Shown here one piece after another: positions 38,813-48,700 of a DNA stretch of 64,000 nt. Both the position numbers and the translations under genes were made by a program. The first letter of the stretch is position 1, and each line of letters opens with the position of its first letter. The notes beneath the pieces were generated by a model. That model was not told where the DNA came from and did no database searches. It worked only from the letters and a program-made list of their open reading frames with translations. The stretch comes from Deltaproteobacteria bacterium (GTDB taxonomy: Bacteria > Myxococcota_A > Polyangia > Fen-1088). The DNA lies in contig JANRKS010000035.1 in the NCBI GenBank assembly GCA_033763315.1, positions 32,001 to 96,000 on the forward strand. The letters run 5' to 3'.

Positions 38813-39211
38813 ATGGGTTTCTACGTAACAACATTTCTGATTGGCGGCTTGCTGATTGGCACGGGTGCCACACAGGCAAACGCAGGCGAAAAAAAGGCTG
38901 ACGCCAAACAGGTTCCTGCGGACAACACGAAACGGAACGAGGGCGATCGGAAAGCCGGGTTGCCCACCGCCGACGATCAAGGCAACGACAAGACAAGCGT
39001 TGAGATCACCGCGAAGATCCGGCGAGCCTTGCAGGATGCGGATGGTCTTTCAACGAACGCGCACAACGTGAAGATCATCACGAATAAGCAACGAGTGATC
39101 CTGCGTGGCCCTGTGGCCTCAGCAGATGAAAAACAACGCGTTTATAAGCTTGCCGCTGACGCGGCCGGCGCCCACACGGTGACGAACGAGCTTGAAGTGA
39201 TTTCTAAGTAA
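38813..39211 (+). CDS. Exported BON domain protein (OsmY-like)
   Basis: Signal peptide ending ANA, ITAKIRRAL...LSTNAHNVKIIT...LRGPVAS..EK...VTNELEV. Confidence 0.9.
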   Translation: MGFYVTTFLIGGLLIGTGATQANAGEKKADAKQVPADNTKRNEGDRKAGLPTADDQGNDKTSVEITAKIRRALQDADGLSTNAHNVKIITNKQRVILRGPVASADEKQRVYKLAADAAGAHTVTNELEVISK

Positions 39212-39262
39212 GCCCGCCAGTGCGGCGCGGTCTTCAAAAAACCAGATAACGGAGAACGATAA

Positions 39263-39808
39263 ATGGCGGGGAAAAATACAGCGGTGTTTGGGGTTTACAA
39301 CGGGCGCGCCGAAATCGAAGCGGCAGTCGACGTGCTGCGCACGGAAGGCTTTCGCGCCTCTGACATTTCAGTGATGTTGCCCTACAACGACGGCTTTAGG
39401 GAATTCGCACACGAGAAGCACACCAAAGCCCCCGAAGGCGCAGCCACGGGCGCAGGTTCAGGTCTTGTGGTGGGTGGCGTTCTGGGTTGGTTGGCAGGCA
39501 TTGGCATGCTGGCCATTCCAGGCATCGGACCCTTCATTGCTGCAGGGCCCATCATGGCTGCACTGGCCGGCGCCGGCGTGGGCGGTACCGTCGGCGGCGT
39601 AACGGGCGCGCTCGTAGGCACGGGCATTCCAGAGTACGAGGCCAAGCGCTACGAAGGTTTGCTGCGCGACGGCGGCATTTTGCTGTCGGTTCACGCCGAC
39701 AACAGCGAGTGGACCAGCAAGGCCAAAAAACTGCTCGAGGCCACGGGCGCACGCGATGTCTCATCCGCCTCCGAAGCGGGTGCTGACTTTAAGGCTGGGA
39801 CGCCTTAG
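39263..39808 (+). CDS. General stress membrane protein (Gly-zipper, YflT/DUF3341-like)
   Basis: AVDVLRTEGFRASDISV, Gly-zipper GALVGTGIPEYEAKRYE; GGAG RBS. Confidence 0.8.
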   Translation: MAGKNTAVFGVYNGRAEIEAAVDVLRTEGFRASDISVMLPYNDGFREFAHEKHTKAPEGAATGAGSGLVVGGVLGWLAGIGMLAIPGIGPFIAAGPIMAALAGAGVGGTVGGVTGALVGTGIPEYEAKRYEGLLRDGGILLSVHADNSEWTSKAKKLLEATGARDVSSASEAGADFKAGTP

Positions 39809-39858
39809 CAGAAGCCTCTCCTCAAAACCAACCAAAGGACCTGATAAGAGAGCGGCTG

Positions 39859-41007
39859 GTGAATTCATCGGTCGCTCTTTCTGCGGCTATGAAGCGCTTT
39901 ATCCTGTCCGCAAGCCCTGCGAAAGCCGCGGCGGCGGCCCACCTTCGTTACGTCGACGCCGGCTCCAAAGGCATTCGCCGCGAGAAGCGCAAAGACGCCT
40001 TTGTGTACATAAACGAGACGACGGAACGTTTGGTCAGAGACGCGGCCACTCTTGCTCGCATTCGCAGCTTGGCTATCCCACCAGCGTGGACCAACGTGTG
40101 GATTTGCGCGCAACCGAGCGGCCACATCCAAGCGCTGGGGCGGGATGCGAAGGGCCGCAAACAATACCGATACCACGCCCATTGGCGCCAAACGCGCGAT
40201 CAAACAAAGTTCGGGCGCATGATCGCTTTTGCGCAGGCCTTGCCGCACATTCGCAAGCGCGTGGCATTGGATCTGGGCCAGCAAGGTTTGCCCCGCGAAC
40301 GTGTGTTGGCCACGCTTGTGGCGTTGCTTGCCACCACGGGCATTCGCGTGGGCGGCGATGAGTACGCACGACAAAACAAACACTATGGCTTGACCACCTT
40401 GATGAACCGCCATGTGACGGTTAAAGGCGAAAAGCTGCGTTTTCGGTTTGTGGGCAAAAGTGGAAAAACACACGAAGTGGGTGTGCGTAACGCGCGCGTT
40501 GCGGGCGTCATACGCCGGTGCCTTGAGATTCCGGGCCAGCGTCTGTTTCAATACATTGACGAACAAGGCGATGCCCACACCGTGCATTCAGAGGACGTGA
40601 ACGAATACCTTCACGAACTTGCCGGCGAAGAATTTACGGCGAAAGACTTTCGTACGTGGGTGGGCACCGTCACGGCGGCTGCAAATTTGTTTGGCTGCGA
40701 CTGCCCGCAGACCCAAAAGGCCAAGCGCGAGAAGATTCTCGAAGCCATTGATGGTGCGGCGCTGCGCTTGGGCAACACGCGCTCGATCTGCCGCGCATCG
40801 TACATTCATCCGGCGATCCTCACCGCCTTCGAGGAAGGGCGCATGGGCAAGGCGGTTCCCCTCAAAACAACAGGAAGGCGCGGCCTTGATCCGATCGAAC
40901 GCGCCACGCTTCAGCTATTGCGCCTGGCGGCTCGTGCGGGTTCCGGCAAAAGAGCCAAGACGTCCGCAATCGTGTTGGCCTCTGCCGCGCGTTTGTCGGG
41001 CCGGTAG
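39859..41007 (+). CDS. Bacterial DNA topoisomerase IB
   Basis: IPPAWTNVWI, GRDAKGRKQYRYH, GIRVG, FVGKSGK, KDFRTW, LGNTRSICRASYIHP (catalytic Tyr). Confidence 0.93.
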   Translation: MNSSVALSAAMKRFILSASPAKAAAAAHLRYVDAGSKGIRREKRKDAFVYINETTERLVRDAATLARIRSLAIPPAWTNVWICAQPSGHIQALGRDAKGRKQYRYHAHWRQTRDQTKFGRMIAFAQALPHIRKRVALDLGQQGLPRERVLATLVALLATTGIRVGGDEYARQNKHYGLTTLMNRHVTVKGEKLRFRFVGKSGKTHEVGVRNARVAGVIRRCLEIPGQRLFQYIDEQGDAHTVHSEDVNEYLHELAGEEFTAKDFRTWVGTVTAAANLFGCDCPQTQKAKREKILEAIDGAALRLGNTRSICRASYIHPAILTAFEEGRMGKAVPLKTTGRRGLDPIERATLQLLRLAARAGSGKRAKTSAIVLASAARLSGR

Positions 41008-42461
41008 CGTTTGAGGCGTGCGAAGCGCAACGCCGCACCGCCGGGGTAATCGCTGGCCTGCACATCGTTGAACGCGATCTCCGCGACGATCTGAGGCTTG
41101 ACATGTACCACAGCGCCTTCACGTCCAATCTCAAGCTGCGAGAACGTCTCCGTTTGCCAGCGCAGAGTTTCGTCGGTCATGCCTTTGAACGTCTTGCCCA
41201 GCATCACGAATCCGCCGTTAACCGGATCGCGCGCGCCCAGATGCAAGTTGCTCAGCCACCCCTGGCGCCGGCCGCTGCCCCACTCTATGGCCAGCACCAC
41301 AAGATCCAGCGTGTGCGTAGGCTTAAGCTTAAGCCAACTTTGCCCGCGGCGGCCGGCGGCGTATGGCGAAAGCAGGGACTTGGCCATCACCCCTTCATGG
41401 CCGTCTTGCATCGCGCGTGACAAAAACGCGTCGGCCTCTTGCGACGACGACGTCACCAACCGCGGCACAACATGTTCACCCTGTGTGATTTCACGCAACA
41501 GATCCCAACGTCCTTGCAGCGTCTCATCGATCACAGTGCGGCCATCAACCTGCAGCACATCGAACAACTTCAGCGACAGGGGCAAGCTTTGCTGCATGAC
41601 CTCAACGTCAACCTTGCGGCCTAACCGTTTCATTGTGACCTGAAAGGGCAACGGTCGACCGTCAGCCGCGAAAGCCAACGCCTCGCCATCTAAGACCAGC
41701 CGCTCGGCCCCCAGGCCCCGCACCACTTGCACGATCTCAGGCACAGACGCCGTGACTTTGTTCAGCGCACGTGAATACACCTGCACTTCATTGCCATCTT
41801 TGTGCACCTGCACGCGCACGCCATCCATCTTGTAATCGAACGCAGCCTCGCCCAACCTTTCAATGGCGGCATCTACGTCGGCTGCCGTGTCTGCCAACAT
41901 CGGCTGCACTGGCTCAAAGAGCCTCAGGTCGAATGCAGAGAGGCCGCTTTCGCCTTGTTTTGCCAACGCGGCGGCCACCGGCGGCACACCACCAGCAAAC
42001 ATCACCGCCCGCCGCACCTTTTCGAATGGGATGCCAAACGCTTGTGCAACCGCTTCGACCACCAAAGCCTCAAGCGCGCCCTGCCCCAGTTCACCGATAA
42101 GCAAGCGCACCAAAAACGTTTGCTCCGGCGCCGTGGCGCGCCCCAACAAAGCGGACAGCAGTTCCTGCCGTCGTGTGCCCGAGCCGGCGCCGGCTTCTGC
42201 CTTTAGACGCTTTAGCGCCGCATCAACATCCGACAACAACAGTGTTGATGTTTGCGCGGCGGGCACACTCAATTTCTGCAACAGCACATACCCCACGCCC
42301 ACCTTGCCTTGTGGCACTTCGCCCGCAAGATAAGACGCGGCCACGGCCGTCAATTCGTGCGGCAGCGTCTTAAAGTAAGCCGAAAGACGCGCGGTCTTTT
42401 CACGACGGCTGCGCGTGCCCGCCACCTGTTGCGACACTTCCACGAGTTCATGCAACTTCAC
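40911..42461 (-). CDS. ATP-dependent DNA ligase (LigB-like)
   Basis: PMLA, YKMDGVRVQVHK (KxDG), LDGE, EGVMAK, WLKLKP, DLVVL, ALRFAR; start GTG 42461. Confidence 0.93.
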   Translation of the reverse strand: MKLHELVEVSQQVAGTRSRREKTARLSAYFKTLPHELTAVAASYLAGEVPQGKVGVGYVLLQKLSVPAAQTSTLLLSDVDAALKRLKAEAGAGSGTRRQELLSALLGRATAPEQTFLVRLLIGELGQGALEALVVEAVAQAFGIPFEKVRRAVMFAGGVPPVAAALAKQGESGLSAFDLRLFEPVQPMLADTAADVDAAIERLGEAAFDYKMDGVRVQVHKDGNEVQVYSRALNKVTASVPEIVQVVRGLGAERLVLDGEALAFAADGRPLPFQVTMKRLGRKVDVEVMQQSLPLSLKLFDVLQVDGRTVIDETLQGRWDLLREITQGEHVVPRLVTSSSQEADAFLSRAMQDGHEGVMAKSLLSPYAAGRRGQSWLKLKPTHTLDLVVLAIEWGSGRRQGWLSNLHLGARDPVNGGFVMLGKTFKGMTDETLRWQTETFSQLEIGREGAVVHVKPQIVAEIAFNDVQASDYPGGAALRFARLKRYRPDKRAAEANTIADVLALLPEPARAARRNS

Positions 42462-42525
42462 ACACGCAACTTTGTCAGAGTCCGCGAGGGCGTGCCATGC
42501 AAGGCCCAGTTCCAAGGAAGTGACG

Positions 42526-43539
42526 CTAGCGGCTGTTGCCTGCAAACTTAGGCTGCGCGTGCATCAACTTGAGGCCTGCCGTTGACGCTTGGGCGCGCCA
42601 GCCGCCCGCGCTTGCGGGGACCAGCACCGTTTGCATAGGCGAAAGCGCCACGGCTCCGCCTTGCGTGCGCAGCTCCCCGGCGCCACCTAAGCACGTGACA
42701 AGCGAGCACACCTTTTTGCCGTTTGGCGGGTGGGTCGTCACTTCACCCTCGACCAACAACCGCTCTTCCACCGTGAAGAACGCACAATCGGCCAGCGTGC
42801 GCACAAGCCCGCCGGCGGGGTGCGGGCCCACCTCGGCCCGCACGGCACCAAAGCCTGTGCGTGAGAAATCGATCGTCTCAAGCGATTCTTTCACGTGCAA
42901 CGGCCGCGGTTTGCCATCCAGCCCCACACGCCCCCAATCCCACACGCGAAACGTGATGTCGCTGCTCTGTTGCACTTCGTAAAGCAAACAGTTGTTTCCA
43001 AGCGCATGCACGGTCCGCGCCTGCAGGAAGAAGAAATCGCCATCATGCGTTTCGAAACGATTCAGGGTTTCCTCAACGCGCCCTTGCGCCAACGCGGCCT
43101 CGAAGGCCGCGCGATCAACATGAGGCTTCGTGCCTTGGTAAAGTTCGCCGCCGTCGCCGATCATCAGCCAGCATTCGGTCTTGCCGTTGCTGCCTAGATT
43201 CATGGCTTGAGCCAACTGATCATCGGGGTGCACCTGCACGCTCAAGCGCGCCGCCGCATCAATGAGCTTCACCAACAGTGGAAAACTGCCGCCCGGAAAA
43301 TCATCGCCCACAAGTTCTTTGCCGCGCGCCCTCGTCAAGTCGCGCAGGGTGGTTCCCTTCCAAGGGCCTTCCTGCACAACGCTCATGCCGCGATCTTGAT
43401 CGGCGAGATCCCACGACTCACCCACCGGGCCTTCAGGCAGATCTTGGCGATACGCCGCCATCTTGCGTCCACCCCACACCAGAACTTGATACGTGGGCGC
43501 AAACCGCAACGGCGACAACAGAGGCAAGACGTCAGACAT
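42526..43539 (-). CDS. manA: Mannose-6-phosphate isomerase, class I
   Basis: VWGG, GESW, FPLLVKLID, LSVQVHPDD, GKTECW, TVHA, EVQQSSDITFR. Confidence 0.9.
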   Translation of the reverse strand: MSDVLPLLSPLRFAPTYQVLVWGGRKMAAYRQDLPEGPVGESWDLADQDRGMSVVQEGPWKGTTLRDLTRARGKELVGDDFPGGSFPLLVKLIDAAARLSVQVHPDDQLAQAMNLGSNGKTECWLMIGDGGELYQGTKPHVDRAAFEAALAQGRVEETLNRFETHDGDFFFLQARTVHALGNNCLLYEVQQSSDITFRVWDWGRVGLDGKPRPLHVKESLETIDFSRTGFGAVRAEVGPHPAGGLVRTLADCAFFTVEERLLVEGEVTTHPPNGKKVCSLVTCLGGAGELRTQGGAVALSPMQTVLVPASAGGWRAQASTAGLKLMHAQPKFAGNSR

Positions 43540-43583
43540 CGCTGCAGAATAAGGGTTCGCGCGCACCCACGCAATCACGCGCC

Positions 43584-44567
43584 CTACAACACAAACACCA
43601 ACAACAGCCCCACCAACGCCACCAACACGCCCCCCGCGACGAGCGCCAACCACAGCGCCCCGCCGCCTCCACGCGACATCCGCACCGTGCTGCGACCTAC
43701 CGGCGTCAACACGGGATCTGTACGCCGCGTGACGCGTCGGCCTTGGCTGGGCGCGCGCGTGAAGGTTGTGGGCGCGGAGGCAGCCGGCGCGACCACATCA
43801 GACGGCGCTTCCATCAGCCTCAAGTAGCGGTCCTCCGGATCGTCCAAACGCACGCGCGTCGATCCGAAGCTGATTTCATCGCCATCGCCCACACGGGTGG
43901 GTGCTGTGATGCGTTTGCCCGCCACATGAACGCCGTTTTTCGAACCGAGATCTTGCACGAAGATGCCATCCCAACGTCGCTCGAAGCCCGTGTGTTCACG
44001 GGAGACATCGGCGTCCGTCAGGACCAAATCACACGTGCCACCGCGCCCCAAGCGATACATGCGTCCATTGTCGGGCAACGGCAAGCGCTGCCCCTCGTCG
44101 GGCCCACCCACCACTTCGACAACGGCCACTTCTGTTGGCCGGACGGCGCCAAATAGATCTGCCACCAAACGGCGAGCGATGGTGGTGGTGCCATGCACCT
44201 CCCCTTTGGCGCTCGTCAACAAATCAGCGCCATCAACCGCCACACCCGCGAACACCACTGTGATGTCGGCCAAACGCAGCTCATCGCCGGGACGCAGTGG
44301 CTCGGGGCGATTCGCGGAAATGCGCCGCGGCCCGATCCACGTGCCGTTCACGCTGCCCATGTCCTCCACCCACCACTGCTCATCCAGCGCAAAAATGCGG
44401 GCGTGCAGCGTGGATACGGTCGGGAACGGCAGGGTTAAATGTAAATCAGCGCCGCGGCCCAAGCGCACTTCGCCTTGGGCGGCCTCGGCCTCCACCATGC
44501 GCTCCGTTGAACGCGCGCCACCCGACAACGCCGGGGGTCGAAGAATGAGACGTACACGCTGGTTCAT
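43584..44567 (-). CDS. Double FHA-domain protein with C-terminal TM
   Basis: Two GR...S..H...D.GS.NG FHA signatures; hydrophobic C-terminus. Confidence 0.88.
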   Translation of the reverse strand: MNQRVRLILRPPALSGGARSTERMVEAEAAQGEVRLGRGADLHLTLPFPTVSTLHARIFALDEQWWVEDMGSVNGTWIGPRRISANRPEPLRPGDELRLADITVVFAGVAVDGADLLTSAKGEVHGTTTIARRLVADLFGAVRPTEVAVVEVVGGPDEGQRLPLPDNGRMYRLGRGGTCDLVLTDADVSREHTGFERRWDGIFVQDLGSKNGVHVAGKRITAPTRVGDGDEISFGSTRVRLDDPEDRYLRLMEAPSDVVAPAASAPTTFTRAPSQGRRVTRRTDPVLTPVGRSTVRMSRGGGGALWLALVAGGVLVALVGLLLVFVL

Positions 44568-44582
44568 GCGCGCAAATCGAAG

Positions 44583-45089
44583 TTACGGGTGCGGCCGGCG
44601 TTTGCCTGCCACCGGATCGATGGACCAGCGCCACTGCGCGTGGCTGCCCCCACCCTCAACGCCGCGTATGCGGATGCGCATCGCTTCGCCTTTCACAAGG
44701 CCGCGCCCCAACGAGCCGCCCAGCAGCAATCCAGCCAGACCTGACAAAATCGGCTCGTGCGCCACCAACGCCACACGCCGCAAGGGCGCGAGCTCTCGCA
44801 GCAGTTCCACCACAGCCAGGGGCGACGCTTCGGGCACGAGCCGCGGATCCACCACCACACGACCGGCGTGTTGTAGGCAGCTGATGACGATCTCGGCGGT
44901 TTGCACCGCGCGCACAAGCGGGCTCGACACCACCACATCAAAGCGGCTGCCGGTGCGCAATAAGGTGCGGGCCACACGTGCGATCTCTTGGCGGCCCCCG
45001 GGGGTGAGCGCGCGATCTTCATCGCGGCCCGCCTCACCGGCGGTGCCGTGCCGTATCAACGTCAGCGTCAAAGTTGCTGCGTCAGCCAC
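44583..45089 (-). CDS. sixA: Phosphohistidine phosphatase SixA-like
   Basis: LIRHG, DEDRALT..G, SSPLVRAVQTA, VAHEP. Confidence 0.85.
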   Translation of the reverse strand: MADAATLTLTLIRHGTAGEAGRDEDRALTPGGRQEIARVARTLLRTGSRFDVVVSSPLVRAVQTAEIVISCLQHAGRVVVDPRLVPEASPLAVVELLRELAPLRRVALVAHEPILSGLAGLLLGGSLGRGLVKGEAMRIRIRGVEGGGSHAQWRWSIDPVAGKRRPHP

Positions 45090-45099
45090 GCTCTTTCCC

Positions 45100-45636
45100 T
45101 TAGGCTTCGCCGGCCACGCCTGGGCTGGTGTTTACCGCTGGTAGTGCGATGCCAGATTCACTGGCAACGGCAGGCGGCTCGGGCAATGGACCTGGATCGA
45201 CGTTGTGTGCCTTAAGCGCGGCCAAGTAATGATCGCGTTCAAGCTGTGCCCGCACCAAGCGCGCACGCATCACATCGTTGTTCTTCTTGAGGCGATCGAT
45301 TTCGGCAATGTCGCGCATCCGCGTGGCGTCCATCTTGGAAGCGCGCGAGAAGGCTTTGATGAAATCAGCCATGTCCAAATCGTTGACCGGCGTGGCCTTG
45401 TAATGGCCCAATTCAACCTTCTCGATGGCGCCTTCTGCGGCCAATCCCAGGAGCGATCGCACCACCTGAACTTCAGCCGCGCCGATGGACAAAGCCACAT
45501 CAACGGGGGTGAACACAGCGCCAGTCTCTGCCCGCCTTTTCAGATCGTCAAACAAACGCTGACGATCAACCTTCGACCCTACTTCACCGCTCCCCAAAGA
45601 TGATCCCTTGGTTCCCGAGCCGCGTTTCATGCTCAT
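45100..45636 (-). CDS. Hypothetical protein, possible winged-helix plus coiled coil
   Basis: FTPVDVALSIG...VVRSLLGLAAEGAIEKVELGHY resembles a wHTH; EIDRLKKNNDVMRARL coiled coil; GGAGG RBS. Confidence 0.6.
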   Translation of the reverse strand: MSMKRGSGTKGSSLGSGEVGSKVDRQRLFDDLKRRAETGAVFTPVDVALSIGAAEVQVVRSLLGLAAEGAIEKVELGHYKATPVNDLDMADFIKAFSRASKMDATRMRDIAEIDRLKKNNDVMRARLVRAQLERDHYLAALKAHNVDPGPLPEPPAVASESGIALPAVNTSPGVAGEA

Positions 45637-45757
45637 GTGGCCTACCTCCCGTGGTCATTGGTTATACCAGGGGGATGGCAATGGCGGGCAGGAAGTTGTC
45701 GGCCGCTTGCGCGGGCATCGCGGGGGCGGCGCCCGAAGCGGTGATATAAAGCTGCAG

Positions 45758-48700
45758 GTGAGCTCGAACCTGCTACACGGCGAAGGGGCGCCTGAAACAG
45801 CGACGGAAAAGGGGGAGTTGCCCCGCGCGATCGGCGCGGCGTGGCCGCCTTTGCCGGGAGCCATCCTGCTTGATCGGTACCAACTGCAATCGGTGATCGG
45901 CGAGGGCGGGTGCGGAATGGTTTTCCGCGCCAAGGATACCCTCCTTGATCGCGAAGTTGCGGTCAAAACCACGCTGGAAACAAGCGATGCGGCGTGGCGC
46001 GAGTTTGATCGTGAGATTCGCTTGCTTGCACGGCTGCCACACCCGGCCATCGTCCAGTTGCTGGATCATGGGAGGGTGCCCTTGGGCGGCCCGGTTTTGG
46101 TGATGGAGTTGCTTTTCGGCCATACCTTGCGCGAAGAGCTGCAAAAAGGCGCCATGGCCGCGTCGCAAGCCTGCCGACTCGTTGCGCGTGTTCTTGGAGC
46201 GCTGGCGTTTGCGCACGATCTGGGCATCGTTCATCGTGACCTCAAGCCTTCGAACGTTTTCTTGGTGCAGGGCAGCGCGCATAATGCAACCTTGCTCGAT
46301 TTCGGCGTGGCCCACGAGAGAACGGGCTGGCAGCAGCCCTCGCGAAGCGGCGTGGGAACCCCGCTTTATATGGCGCCTGAACAAGCAAGTGGTGACGTCG
46401 ACATCGATGGACGTGCGGACGTGTTCGCCGCGGGATGTTTGTTGGTTGAATGCATTACGGGGCGCCCCCTGTTTCAGGGTCTGGGGCTTGCGCCCTTTGC
46501 AAAAGCAATGCTTTCCGAACGCGTGGTGACCGAAAGCGCTCTTGCACGGGTTCCTCCCCACCTCAGGAGCCTCGCCCACAGGATGTTGGCTAGCCGTCGA
46601 GACGAACGCCCCAGCAACGCCGCAGCGCTCGCGGCACAGTTGTTGAGCATCGCCGACGAACTCTCGGACGCACCCGTGGCCGACGTAGGCACATGGGTAG
46701 GTCCTCGCGAGGCCCGCTCGCTCGCCATTTTGCTTGTGCGCCTCCCCGGGCGGTTGGCACCTCGGCCGCGGATCGAGGACATGCAAGACGTCGTTGCACC
46801 ATGGGGAGGCACCATCTATGCCTTGCCGGGGGACGTGCTGCTGGGCACGTTCGGCGTCGCAGGCAATGCTGTGGATCAAACCACCCGTGCGGCCAACGCA
46901 GCGTTGGCACTGCGCGCGGTCTTGCCACACGCATCGATGGCGCTCAGTCTTGCCCGCGCCACCGTCGAACATCACGAACTCGTGGGGCCGGCGATTGATG
47001 AAAGTGTGCGTCTCCTCGAAGGCGCTGCTGTGGACGATGATGCAAGTGCCATCGAACTTGATGACAATGCCGCGGCCTTGCTGGCGGATCCTTTTGTTGT
47101 TGACCAACGCCAAGGCGGGGCGAAACCAACGTTTCGCTTGCTTCGAAAAGCAAGCAACCGCGGGACGTCACGCACGGTGTTGGGCAAAGCGGTTCCATTC
47201 GTGGGAAGGGAGCGTGAGCTTGCGTTGATCACGGCAAGCATCACCAAATCCTGGCAGCAGGAGCAGGCACACGTTGCGCTCATCACCGCTCCCGCCGGGG
47301 GCGGCAAATCGCGTCTGATGCGTGAGGTTGTGGATCAAGTTTCCAAGGCCAACCGTCCGGTGCTTGTATTGTCGGGTCACGCCGATGACCTTCGATCGGG
47401 CGCGCCCTACGGCCTCATCACATCTGCACTCGCATCCGCCACAGAGATCACAGCCGAAGACACCCCGCCCGCGAGACAACGTAAGTTGAACATGTTTGTT
47501 GGATCTGTGGCGCAAACAAACGCTGCGAGCGACGAATTCACGTCACGCGTTGCCTCTGTGCTCGGCGAACTTTTAGGCGCCCGGTTTCCTGACCACGTTT
47601 CAACCCAGCTGCGCGCCATTCGGCAAGAGCCACGGCTGCTGGCAGATCAGGTCCACTTGGCGTGGATCGATTTGTTAGCGGCCGCCTCCACAAAACACGC
47701 GCTGATTCTTGTCGCTGAGGATCTGCATTGGGGCGATGCACCTAGCCTTCATCTTTTAGAATCATCAGTTCGTACACACGCCGATCGAGCGCTGTTTGTG
47801 TTGGCGACGGCTCGTCCCGAAGTCGAACAGCGGTTTCCGGATCTGTGGTCAAAGCTTTCGCGGGTCACACGCTTCGCAGTGCCCCAGCTCGACCAGGCCG
47901 CCTGTGTGAAATTGGCCTCGGGCGTGTTTCCCGCGATGCCCGAGGAACAAGTGCAATTGCTGGCCGATCGCTGTCAGGGGAATCCCTTCTTTCTTGAAGA
48001 GCTCCTGCGCGCCGCGGCCTCACAAACCATGACGGACGCCCCTGCACCACGCACCATCTTGGCGGCGCTGCAAGCCCGCTTGGATGCGGTTGGCGAAGAT
48101 GGTAAACAAGTGCTGCGCGCGGCCAGCGTGTTCGGCGAACGTTTTCGCAAAGCGGCCGTAGAGGCCCTTCTTGATCCTCGGTTGCGCATAGACGTGCCAA
48201 CGTGGCTTGAGCTTTTGGAAGCGCGCGAAATCTTGATGCGTGAAAACGAACAGCGAGAACGTTGGGCTTTCCGGCACGCTTTGGTCCGCGACGCGGCGTA
48301 TGACGCCTTGACAGACATCGATCGCAGAACCGCCCACCAAGGTGCCGCGGTGGTTTTGCAGGATCTGGGTGAACAAGACGCCGGCGTGATCGCCGAGCAT
48401 TGGGAACGCGGTGGGAAACGCGAGAACGCGGGCAACCATTGGCGCATCGCTGCGGAGCAAGCGCTTGCCGCGCACGACGTCACAAACGCTTTGCAAAAGT
48501 GCGATCGTGCGGATGCCGCCGGCCTGACAAACAGCGCTCGAGGGCTTGTTCTGATTACCCGCGCCAAGATCGCCGACTGGAAAGGACAGTGGTTGGATGT
48601 TGAACAAGCGGCCGCACAGGCGTTGGACCTGGTTGATGAAGAAGCTTGCATCGAAGCGTTGTGTGAGCGGCTGATCGCGCTGGGGCAGCTAGCGCGCTGG

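Noticed and set aside
42498-42514. Possible sigma54 box before the ligase (TGGAACT-GGGCC-TTGCA, minus strand)
   Set aside because: The spacer is 5 nt instead of the strictly required 4.
24370-42525. Stress block as a mobile genomic island
   Set aside because: No integrase, transposase, tRNA target or flanking direct repeats were seen.
43963-47113. Long alternative ORFs (43963-45144 +, 45773-47113 -) and similar ones elsewhere, e.g. 1059-1964, 7489-8328, 55740-56798
   Set aside because: They overlap well-supported genes and have no recognisable motifs; stop-poor shadow frames are expected at high GC.
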